A DNA stretch of 64,000 nt. Origin: an uncultured Chloroflexia bacterium. GTDB lineage: Bacteria > Chloroflexota > Limnocylindria > Limnocylindrales > CSP1-4. Location of the stretch: the NCBI GenBank assembly GCA_963764515.1, contig CAVXSS010000001.1, positions 194,677 to 258,676 on the forward strand, read 5' to 3'. The notes below the pieces were generated by a model. That model was not told the DNA's origin, did no database searches, and saw only the letters and a program-made list of their open reading frames with translations. Made by a program: the position numbers and the translations under genes. Shown here piece by piece: positions 28,216-36,630 of this stretch; within the stretch, counting starts at the first letter, position 1, and each line of letters opens with the position of its first letter.

Positions 28216-28764
28216 GTGCTGATCAGTGAGGCCATCGAACGGTCCGACGAGGATCGAGCCGATGCCTTCACGCGCCTCCTGGATCGAGGCCTCGATTCGC
28301 ACTATCGGCTGGCGTCGGTGATCCTGGGCGATCCGATCGAGGCCGAGGACGCGGTCCACGATGCCGCGGTCGTGGCCTGGCGCGGATTCGGGGCGCTGCG
28401 CGACCGCGATCGGTTCGAGGCCTGGTTCGGGCGGATCCTCGTGAACGGCTGCCGAGACCGGCTGCGGCGCCGCCGGAGACGCCCGATCGTCGCCTGGATC
28501 CCGATGCTCGGCGACCTCGACACCGGGCCCAAGGTCCTCGATGAGACCGAGGCGGTCGCGACCCGCGACGAACTTGGACGGGCGTTCGCAACACTCGAGC
28601 CGGACCACGTCGTCGTCATCGCCCTGCGGTTCTATGCCGACCTCTCCGTTCGGGAGATCGCGAACCGCCTGGGCATCCCCGAGGGCACGGTCAAGTCCCG
28701 GCTGCACCACGGACTCAAGCACCTCAAGGCTGCGGTCGAGGAGAACCAGGAGACGATCCGATGA
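28216..28764 (+). CDS. ECF-subfamily sigma-70 factor
   Basis: Sigma region 2 (DAVHDAAVVAWRGFGAL) and region 4 (DLSVREIANRLGIPEGTVKSRLHHG). The GTG at 28216 has an AGGAG RBS 8 nt upstream. The track start is 28186. Confidence 0.85.
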   Translation: MLISEAIERSDEDRADAFTRLLDRGLDSHYRLASVILGDPIEAEDAVHDAAVVAWRGFGALRDRDRFEAWFGRILVNGCRDRLRRRRRRPIVAWIPMLGDLDTGPKVLDETEAVATRDELGRAFATLEPDHVVVIALRFYADLSVREIANRLGIPEGTVKSRLHHGLKHLKAAVEENQETIR

Positions 28765-29744
28765 CCGACGACCCCTTCGAATCCGCGCTCCGAGCCTGGC
28801 TGGCGGACCGGGCGCCTGCGGGTGCCAGCCCGTCGCTGAGCGCACGTATCGCGGCCGTGCCGACCGACGCCCCGTCCTCCCTGAGGTCGGCGATCGGACG
28901 CCCTGCCCGGCTCGTGGCGTCGATGGGGGTTGTCGCCTCGTTCATCGTGGCGCTCGCGTGGCTTGCCATGCGCGTGGCCCTCGTCCGGCCTGGGGGCGGC
29001 TCCGTCGGCGCGACGCCGTCATTCCCGCCGCTGGACCCGACCGCCGTCGGGGTGGGCGTCGTCGCGGCGCCCGGCATCCAATGGCTGGCGGTCATCGCCA
29101 TCCTCGCCGTCCTGATCGGCCTCGCCGTCAGCATCCTGCGCGAGCGACGACGATGGGCCCGGGGCATCCTCGGGGCCACCTTCGTGCTGGTGAGCGCGGC
29201 CTTCTCGATGATCTCGAACTCGACCTGGATCGGGTTCGGTCCCAACGGATCGTGGGGGGCCGGTCTCGGCTTCGACCACTGGGGGACGGCGACGGAGAGC
29301 GTTGCCGGCATCGATGACGCCGTCTTCCACGTGCGGCCCGGGGAGCCGTTCACGTTTGCCTTCACGGTGACGAATCATGCCCCCGTTCCGCTTACGATCG
29401 AGGGCCTCGTTCCGAATCCGCCGAACTCAGGTTTCCAGCTGACGGGTCTGGGCCTCCAGCGCCCGGTCCAAGGGCTCGAACCCGACCAATGGCCGGTCTC
29501 CGGGCTTCCTGCGGACAGCGTCCCGTTCACTCCGATCCGGATCGAGCCGAATGCCTTCCGCCTGATCGTCGTGACCGGCAAGGCGGGACCCTGCGCGGGT
29601 GGCTGGGAGGATGCCGCCAATGCGACCTCTATGTCGACCGACGTCGTGACGCTCGCCTACTCGGCATTCGGCCTCGAGCGGACCGAGCAGGTGCAGCTCC
29701 CATCGTCGGTCGAGATCCCGATCGTCATGGGCTGTACCGGGTAG
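28761..29744 (+). CDS. Putative membrane anti-sigma factor
   Basis: ATGA overlap with the sigma gene. It has a short cytoplasmic N-terminus, TM segments and an extracytoplasmic domain. Confidence 0.6.
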   Translation: MTDDPFESALRAWLADRAPAGASPSLSARIAAVPTDAPSSLRSAIGRPARLVASMGVVASFIVALAWLAMRVALVRPGGGSVGATPSFPPLDPTAVGVGVVAAPGIQWLAVIAILAVLIGLAVSILRERRRWARGILGATFVLVSAAFSMISNSTWIGFGPNGSWGAGLGFDHWGTATESVAGIDDAVFHVRPGEPFTFAFTVTNHAPVPLTIEGLVPNPPNSGFQLTGLGLQRPVQGLEPDQWPVSGLPADSVPFTPIRIEPNAFRLIVVTGKAGPCAGGWEDAANATSMSTDVVTLAYSAFGLERTEQVQLPSSVEIPIVMGCTG

Positions 29745-29942
29745 TCAGCGGCGGATCGTCGCCTCGTAGTCGGGGAAGTAGTGCCCGATCACCGGCAGGT
29801 CGAAGGTCCGCAGGATCAATTCCTTCGTCTCGTGAGCGAGCAGGAACCGGAATGAGCGCTCGATGAGCTCGTGCGGATCCGTGGCGCCGGGCGCGAGGCG
29901 CTCGAGATCCTCGTCGGACAACGCCACCCGGTGACTCGACAT
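29745..29942 (-). CDS. Small hypothetical protein (65 aa) downstream of nei
   Basis: Protein-like sequence MSSHRVALSDEDLERLAPGATDPHELIERSFRFLLAHETKEL. The longer track ORF to 30125 would overlap nei by 100 nt, so it was trimmed. Confidence 0.35.
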   Translation of the reverse strand: MSSHRVALSDEDLERLAPGATDPHELIERSFRFLLAHETKELILRTFDLPVIGHYFPDYEATIRR

Positions 29943-30022
29943 GGAGCCGTCGGCGTCGGTCAGTGTCACGCCGCAGGTCCACCCGCCCGACTCGGCCCTG
30001 GCGCAGCTGGCGTCGATGTTGG

Positions 30023-30847
30023 TCACCGGGTCGGTCCCCCCTGGCACTGTGGGCACCAATAGGTGGTGCGTGGCAGGTCTGATCCCTGGCGAGTCGACGC
30101 GATGGGCGTGCCGCAGCGGCGGCACGGGCGACCGCCTCGACCGTAGACGTACAGCGGACCGGGGGCGGCGCGATCCCCGGTCGTCGTGACCCGCTCCGCG
30201 CCCCGCCCCGGCGCGGCGTTCGCCAGCAGCAGTCGTCGCACGGTCGCGATCAATCGATCGATCGTCGCGTCGTCGAGCTCGGCGACGGTCGCGAACGGCG
30301 ACACGCGCTCGATCCAGAGAACCTCGTTCTTGTACACGTTGCCGATGCCAGCCTGCGCTCGCTGGTCGAGCAGTGCAAGGGCGATCTCCGTGCCAGCCCG
30401 CGACGGATCGCGCAGGCGTTGGTGGGCTGTCGCCGCATCGAACGACGGATCGAGGAGGTCGGGGCCGAGGCGCCCGAGCGAGGGATGGACCCGCTCAGCC
30501 CGAGTCTCGAAGAGCTCGACGACGGGCGCATCGAAGCAGACCGCGACCGCGCCCGGCACCTCGAGGACGAGCCGCGCGCGGGACGCCGGTCGCTTCCAGG
30601 GTTCACCCGGCCGGTACCGGTGCCACGACCCGTTCATCCGCAGATGCGTGCGGAGCTCCAGGCCGCCGTCGAACCGGATGATGAGGTTCTTGCCGACCGA
30701 GTCGACGGCATCGATCGTGCGTCCGACGAGGCGGTACGCCTGCGGGACGGCACCTGGACCGCTGGCGCGCGCCGCGGTGACGGCCCGCCCGACGAGGTGC
30801 GGCCGAAGACCCGCGGCGGTCCGGAACAGCGTGTCGCCTTCAGGCAC
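30023..30847 (-). CDS. nei: Fpg/Nei family DNA glycosylase (endonuclease VIII-like)
   Basis: MPEGDTLF N-terminus (catalytic Pro2/Glu3) and a C-terminal zinc finger CRRCGTPI...CPQCQ. Confidence 0.9.
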   Translation of the reverse strand: MPEGDTLFRTAAGLRPHLVGRAVTAARASGPGAVPQAYRLVGRTIDAVDSVGKNLIIRFDGGLELRTHLRMNGSWHRYRPGEPWKRPASRARLVLEVPGAVAVCFDAPVVELFETRAERVHPSLGRLGPDLLDPSFDAATAHQRLRDPSRAGTEIALALLDQRAQAGIGNVYKNEVLWIERVSPFATVAELDDATIDRLIATVRRLLLANAAPGRGAERVTTTGDRAAPGPLYVYGRGGRPCRRCGTPIASTRQGSDLPRTTYWCPQCQGGPTR

Positions 30848-30897
30848 TCAGATCGTCCGTGGGTGGATCGGCTGGGCTCGCACGGCGCATCGACTGC

Positions 30898-33800
30898 TCA
30901 CCGGGTGCCCCGCAGGACCAGGCCGCGGTATCCGGGCACGAAGCCTGCGACCTGCAGCGTCGACCGGAAGCTCGATTCGCCGACCGGCAGGCCATCGACC
31001 TTCTTGATGACCAGTTCCCGAAGGCGCCCGTCGGCGAGCAGTCCTTCGAGCGCCCGGGCCGCGAGAGCGCCGAGCTCGGGATCGTCGGCCGCCGGTAGGG
31101 TCTGGAGGGTCGAACCGCCGCGTTCCACGTAGAGGACCGCAACCCCATCGACGGTGACGACATACGCCCCGGCAGCACGTTGCAGCGGCCGGCGGTCCGC
31201 GACGCCACGGCGTGGCCAGGCCAGGGCCGCCCCGTACGGTTGGGCCGGGTCCGCGGCGGCGAGCAGCTGGACGGCTGGTGCCCCGCCGCCACCCGCTGCC
31301 TCGCGGGTGGCCCGCAGCCGATCGAGCGCCCCGGACAGCGCGAACTGTGCCGCACCGAGCCCATCGACGAAGTAGCCGCGCCGGATCCGGCCGGCGTCCT
31401 CTAGAGCACGCAGGATCGGATAGACGGCGCTGAACCCGCCGTCGAGTCCTTCGGACGCGACCGCCTCGCGGGTCAGCACCCCATGGCGCTCGAGCATGGC
31501 CAGGGCCTGGGCATGCAGACGCTCGGTGGCGCTGATCGTCGCGGGTGGCTCGACCAGGGACCAGCGGCCCGCCGCCTCGGGCGGGCCTAGGGCCGTCAGC
31601 CGTCCGGGCCGCGGCCGGCGTGTCCCGCCACTCCCGGTCCGCTTCCAGCGGAGCGCCCGAAGCGGCGCGAACGTGTCGTTGGTGACCTCGCCAGCCCAGA
31701 CCAGGTCCCACAGCGCGTCGAGGACCTCCCGGTCCGGCCCACCGCCCGATGCCGCGTGCAGCTCGCGATAGAACGACGCCCCGCGGCGCGTCAGGTGCTC
31801 GCGCAGGGCCTCATGACGCGCTGCGGACGGTCGTTCGACTCCCTCCACCGGGCCGAAGGGGCGCAGCGCGTCGCGCCCCGGCCGGAGGAGCGCGACCCGG
31901 CCGTCGTCGCGTCCGAGGCTCCCCCGCCCCACCCAGGCCACCTCGCCGAGCGAGCCGAGCTCGTCGAGCAGTCGCGGCTGGTACCCGGGGATCCGTGCCG
32001 GCAGCACGTCGCGTTCGAGGACCGACGCTGGGATCGGCAGGCCGGCCAGCTGGTCGACGACCTCGGCCAGCCGCTCGAGGGCGGCCGTGCCACGGAACGG
32101 GGTCGGGGCACTCCCCGCCGGCGCGATGCCGTGCCAGTCGGGCAGGAAGCGGCCCAGCGCGGCCGGATCGACCGGTTCGACCTCGCGACGCAGGCGCGCC
32201 AGCGACCGACGTCGAAGCAGCCGAAGGACGTCGGGGTCGCACCATTCCCGTTCCGCGCCACCGGGCCGGAATTCGCCGCGGAGCACCGTGCCCGCGGCCA
32301 GCAACCGCTCCAGGGCATCCTCGACGACCCCGACCGGCAGCCCCCACCGACGGGCCGGCTCGGGCGTCAGGAACGGCCCGTGCGAGCGGGCCCAGCGCGC
32401 CAGCAGCCCGTCGAGTGCGCCACCGACGGGCGCGAGGAACGCCTCCGGCACGCCGACGGGCGCGGATGCGCCCACGCCGTCCCGGTAGCGCGCCACGTCT
32501 TCGATGGCGATCCAGCGCTCCTCCCCGGCGATCCGGGTTCGCACGGCCCGTCGGCCCGAGGTGAGTTCCTCGAGCCAGGGATCGGCGACGCCGGCACCGC
32601 CCTCCGTCCGGGCGGCGAGCTCGTCGGGACTCAGGTCGCCCAGACGTCGCAGGAGGTCGTGGACGGCGTCGGGGCTCGTGGCGCGTCGGTCGTCGGTGAG
32701 CGCCTGGAGGGACAGCTCGAGGTCGGCGAGGGCATCTGGATCGAGCAGCTCGCGGAGCTCCTCCTGGCCGAGCAGCTCGCGGAGGAGGTCCCGATCGAGT
32801 GTGAGCGCTCCGGCCCGTCGTTCCGCCAGCGGGGTGTCGCCGTCATACATGTAGGCGGCGACGTAGTCGAACAGGAGGCTGCTCGCGAACGGACTCGCCC
32901 GGAGCGTCTCGACGCTGTGGACCGCGATCTCCCGCCGCGCGACGCCGCCGAGGACCTCGCGCAGGGCCGGCAGGTCGAAGACGTCGCTCAGGCACTCCCG
33001 ATAGGTCTCGACGAGGATCGGAAAACTGCCGTACCGGGACGCGACCGCAAGCAGGTCCGCTGCACGCTGGCGCTGCTGCCAGAGCGGTGTCCGCGTCCCC
33101 GGGCGGCGGCGGGGCAGCAGCAGGGCTCGCGCCGCGTTCTCGCGGAACCGGCTGGCGAACAGCGACGAGGACGCCACCTGCCCGACGACCAGGTCTTCCA
33201 GCTCGTCGGACTCCGGGAAGAGCAACGCTTCGATGCCATCGAGCGGCGCATCGCCCTCGGGCAGGCGGATCGCGATCCCATCGTCCGACCAGATCGTCTG
33301 GACGTCGAGGCCCAGCCGCTCGGCCAGCCGGCTCTCGATGGCCATCGACCACGGGGCGTGGACTCTGCCGCCGAATGGCGTCAGCAGGGTCAGCCGCCAG
33401 TCGCCCAGCTCGTCGCGGAATCGTTCGAGGACGATCCGCTTGTCGGTGGGCAGGGCGCCGGTCGCCTCGCGCTCGTCCTCGAGGTAGGCGAGGAGGTTCT
33501 CGGCGGCGCGCTCATCGAGGTCGTGCTCCTCGCGCAGCCGGCCGGCGGCCGCCCGTCGACCGCGATCGCCGTTCGCGAGGTCGGCTTCGAGCTCGCCGAC
33601 GAACGCGCCCATCGCGCGCCCGAGCTCGATCGGGCGACCGACGGCGTCGCCCTTCCAGAACGGCAGCTTGCCGGGGACGCCCGGTGCCGGGGTGACCGTG
33701 ACCCGGTCGTGGGTGATCTCGTCGACGCGCCAGCTGCTGGCGCCCAGGACGACGACGTCGCCGTGCATCCCCGCCCGCAGCTCGTAGACCATCTCCTCGT

Positions 33801-35454
33801 CGAGCTCGCCGACGCGCCGGCCGGGCGTGCCGGCTTCGCCGACCATGAACACGCCGTACAGGCCGCGATCGGGGATCGTGCCGCCGCTCGTGACGGCCAC
33901 GACGCGCGCATCGCGGCGTCCCTCGACGACGTCGGTCACGCGGTCCCAGACGACCCGCGGCTTGAGCTCCGCGAACTCGTCCGAGGGATAGGCGCCCGCC
34001 AGCATCCCGAGCACGCCCTCGAGCAGGTCCCGCGTGAGCGTCTCGTAGGGTGACGCTCGGGTGACCGTGTCCAGCAGGTCCGAGACCGTCCAGCGGTCCA
34101 TCACGGTCATGGCCACGAGTTGCTGGGCGAGGACATCGAGCGGATTGCGCGGGATCGTCGTCGCCTCGATGGCGCCGTCGTGCATCCGCTTGGTGACGAC
34201 CGCGACCTCCAGGAGGTCGCCTCGGTACTTCGGGAAGATGACGCCCTTGCTCGGGGCGCCCACCTGGTGGCCGGCCCGGCCGATCCGCTGCAGGCCGCGC
34301 GCGACGCTGGTCGGCGATTCGACCTGGATCACGAGGTCGACCGCGCCCATGTCGATGCCGAGCTCGAGGCTGGACGTGGCGACGAGGGCTGGGAGGCGAC
34401 CGGCCTTGAGGTCTTCCTCGATGGTCAGGCGCTGCTCACGCGCGATGCTCCCGTGGTGCGCCTTGACGAGGTCCTCGCCGGCCAGCTCGTTGAGCCGCTG
34501 GGCGAGCCGCTCGGAGAGCCGGCGGCTGTTGGTGAAGACGATCGTGCTCTTGTGCTCGCGGATGAGCTCGAGGATCCGCGGGTGGATGGCCGGCCAGATG
34601 CTGGTCCGCAGGTCCGGGCTGGTGGCCGGACCGCCTGGCTGCTCCTCGAGCGGCAGGATCTCGCCGATCGCCGCCATGTCATCGACGGGCACGACGACCT
34701 GGAGATCGAGGGGCTTGCGGGCGCCAGCATCGACGATCTCGACCTCGCGGCCCGGCCCGACGCCGCCAAGGAACCGGGCGATCGCATCGAGTGGCCGTTG
34801 CGTGGCGGACAGGCCGATGCGCTGGAGGGGCGCGGCGTCGGGCGAGCGGAGTCGCTCGAGACGTTCCAGGCTCAGCGCGAGGTGGGCGCCACGTTTCGTG
34901 CCCGCGATCGCGTGGACCTCGTCGACGATCACGTGCTCGACGCCGCGGAGGACCTCGCGTGCCTGGCTCGTGAGCATCAGGTAGAGCGATTCGGGGGTCG
35001 TGATGAGGATGTCGGGCGGGCGCCGAGCGATCTCGCGACGGTCCTCGCTGGGCGTGTCGCCCGTGCGGCTGGCGACCGTGATCGTGGGCATCGGCTGGCC
35101 GAGGCGCTGCGCCGCGTGCCCGATGCCGGTGAGCGGGGCTCGCAGGTTGCGCTCGACGTCGTAGGTCAACGCCTTCAGCGGCGAGACGTACAGGACGCGA
35201 ACCGTGCCGGGCTGGGCCCGCGTCCGTTCGGGCGTCGGGTGGGTCGCGAGCCGGTCGAGGGCCCACAGGAACGCCGCGAGCGTCTTGCCCGAACCGGTCG
35301 GCGCGTGGATCAGCGTGTTGCGACCCGCCGCGATGGCCGCCCAACCGCGTGCCTGCGCATCAGTGGGAGCCTCGAAGCTCGCCTCGAACCACTCGCGAAC
35401 GGGTCGCGAGAACGGGGCTAGTGGATCGGCTCGGACGGGGACGGTCGCGGTCAC
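30898..35454 (-). CDS. lhr: Lhr large ATP-dependent helicase
   Basis: 1518 aa. SF2 motifs LIHAPTGSGKT, DEVH, a HELICc domain, and the long Lhr C-terminal extension. It lies immediately upstream of nei, as in mycobacterial lhr-nei operons. Confidence 0.9.
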   Translation of the reverse strand: MTATVPVRADPLAPFSRPVREWFEASFEAPTDAQARGWAAIAAGRNTLIHAPTGSGKTLAAFLWALDRLATHPTPERTRAQPGTVRVLYVSPLKALTYDVERNLRAPLTGIGHAAQRLGQPMPTITVASRTGDTPSEDRREIARRPPDILITTPESLYLMLTSQAREVLRGVEHVIVDEVHAIAGTKRGAHLALSLERLERLRSPDAAPLQRIGLSATQRPLDAIARFLGGVGPGREVEIVDAGARKPLDLQVVVPVDDMAAIGEILPLEEQPGGPATSPDLRTSIWPAIHPRILELIREHKSTIVFTNSRRLSERLAQRLNELAGEDLVKAHHGSIAREQRLTIEEDLKAGRLPALVATSSLELGIDMGAVDLVIQVESPTSVARGLQRIGRAGHQVGAPSKGVIFPKYRGDLLEVAVVTKRMHDGAIEATTIPRNPLDVLAQQLVAMTVMDRWTVSDLLDTVTRASPYETLTRDLLEGVLGMLAGAYPSDEFAELKPRVVWDRVTDVVEGRRDARVVAVTSGGTIPDRGLYGVFMVGEAGTPGRRVGELDEEMVYELRAGMHGDVVVLGASSWRVDEITHDRVTVTPAPGVPGKLPFWKGDAVGRPIELGRAMGAFVGELEADLANGDRGRRAAAGRLREEHDLDERAAENLLAYLEDEREATGALPTDKRIVLERFRDELGDWRLTLLTPFGGRVHAPWSMAIESRLAERLGLDVQTIWSDDGIAIRLPEGDAPLDGIEALLFPESDELEDLVVGQVASSSLFASRFRENAARALLLPRRRPGTRTPLWQQRQRAADLLAVASRYGSFPILVETYRECLSDVFDLPALREVLGGVARREIAVHSVETLRASPFASSLLFDYVAAYMYDGDTPLAERRAGALTLDRDLLRELLGQEELRELLDPDALADLELSLQALTDDRRATSPDAVHDLLRRLGDLSPDELAARTEGGAGVADPWLEELTSGRRAVRTRIAGEERWIAIEDVARYRDGVGASAPVGVPEAFLAPVGGALDGLLARWARSHGPFLTPEPARRWGLPVGVVEDALERLLAAGTVLRGEFRPGGAEREWCDPDVLRLLRRRSLARLRREVEPVDPAALGRFLPDWHGIAPAGSAPTPFRGTAALERLAEVVDQLAGLPIPASVLERDVLPARIPGYQPRLLDELGSLGEVAWVGRGSLGRDDGRVALLRPGRDALRPFGPVEGVERPSAARHEALREHLTRRGASFYRELHAASGGGPDREVLDALWDLVWAGEVTNDTFAPLRALRWKRTGSGGTRRPRPGRLTALGPPEAAGRWSLVEPPATISATERLHAQALAMLERHGVLTREAVASEGLDGGFSAVYPILRALEDAGRIRRGYFVDGLGAAQFALSGALDRLRATREAAGGGGAPAVQLLAAADPAQPYGAALAWPRRGVADRRPLQRAAGAYVVTVDGVAVLYVERGGSTLQTLPAADDPELGALAARALEGLLADGRLRELVIKKVDGLPVGESSFRSTLQVAGFVPGYRGLVLRGTR

Positions 35455-35755
35455 GGGACCGCGAGTATAGGCGGGTCCATCGATCTAGACCAGATGTTCT
35501 GTATCGGGCGGTTCGGTCCAGCCGTTCCGGCCCAGGACCGGCCCTGGCAGACCGGGGTCACGCCCGCGGCCGGTCAGCCAACATGCCGCGAATCGCTTCG
35601 CCATCGATGGTCTTTGCGGCATGGGCCGAATGGCCCTCGATAGGGGCCCTTGGACCCGTTCGTCCGGGACCGCGGTCGGGGTGGAATGGCAACAGCCACG
35701 CGAAGGGGGTCAACGAGGCGCCGAGGGGCGCTCAGGAAGGGAGTGAAGGGACACG

Positions 35756-36520
35756 ATGGAACGTCGGAACCTAGCATTGGGGCTTGGCGCGATCGCCACG
35801 CTCCTGCTCTTCTACGCGGCCAATCCGTGGGTCACCCCGCCGGATGGCGCGATCACGGTGATCGTGAACGTCGGGTTCTGGGTCGCGGCGATCGCGCTGG
35901 CGGTCGTGTTGTTCGAGGATCGCCGGGCGCTCGCGGCCGAGTCGGTCGAGATCGACGGGCCGCCCTTCGCGCGGTTCCTGTTCAGCAACTCGCGGGCCGG
36001 CCTGTTCTGGCTGCCGATCCGGCTGTTCGTCGGCTTCGCCTGGGTCGAGGCCGGCTACCACAAGCTGACCGGCGGCGGCTGGGTCACCGACGGGGGCTCG
36101 GCCCTGGCCGGCTACTGGGCGGGTGCGGTCAAGGTCCCCGATCCGGCGGCCGGTCGACCGCCGATCACCTACGAGTGGTATCGCGACTTCATCAACTTCC
36201 TGCTGACCGGCCACCACGAGACCTGGTTCGCCTGGCTCATCACGTTCGGCGAGCTGGCGGTCGGGCTCGGCCTGCTGCTCGGCGCGCTGACCGGCCTGGC
36301 GGCCTTCTTCGGGGCGCTGATGAACATGTCGTTCCTGCTGGCGGGCTCGGGCTCGTCCAACCCGGTCATGTTCTCCCTGGCCATCGGGCTCATCCTGGCC
36401 TGGAAGGTCGCCGGCTACTACGGCCTCGACCGCTACCTGCTGCCGATGCTCGGGACCCCATGGCGACCCGGCGCGCTGACAGGTCGCGCCACCAACCCAC
36501 AAGGGGCCCCGGCCGGCTGA
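35756..36520 (+). CDS. DoxX family membrane protein
   Basis: FLFSNSRAGLFWLPIRLFVGFAWVEAGYHKL, typical of DoxX. A GGGAGTGAAGGGA RBS precedes the start. Confidence 0.7.
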   Translation: MERRNLALGLGAIATLLLFYAANPWVTPPDGAITVIVNVGFWVAAIALAVVLFEDRRALAAESVEIDGPPFARFLFSNSRAGLFWLPIRLFVGFAWVEAGYHKLTGGGWVTDGGSALAGYWAGAVKVPDPAAGRPPITYEWYRDFINFLLTGHHETWFAWLITFGELAVGLGLLLGALTGLAAFFGALMNMSFLLAGSGSSNPVMFSLAIGLILAWKVAGYYGLDRYLLPMLGTPWRPGALTGRATNPQGAPAG

Positions 36521-36630
36521 CCACCACCGTGGGCCCGGATGGGCCCCCCTTGCCCATCCTTCACCGCCTCCGGTCCTTCCCCCGGAGGCGGTGCCTTGTC
36601 CGGGTCGTTCGCCCGGCTCGACTCGCCTGA

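Noticed and set aside
29943-30125. Upstream extension of the small ORF (track 29745..30125)
   Set aside because: It would overlap the nei coding region by ~100 nt, so the ORF was trimmed to the internal ATG at 29942.
31756-34053. 765-aa plus-strand ORF antisense to lhr
   Set aside because: Antisense artefact inside a 4.5-kb helicase gene.
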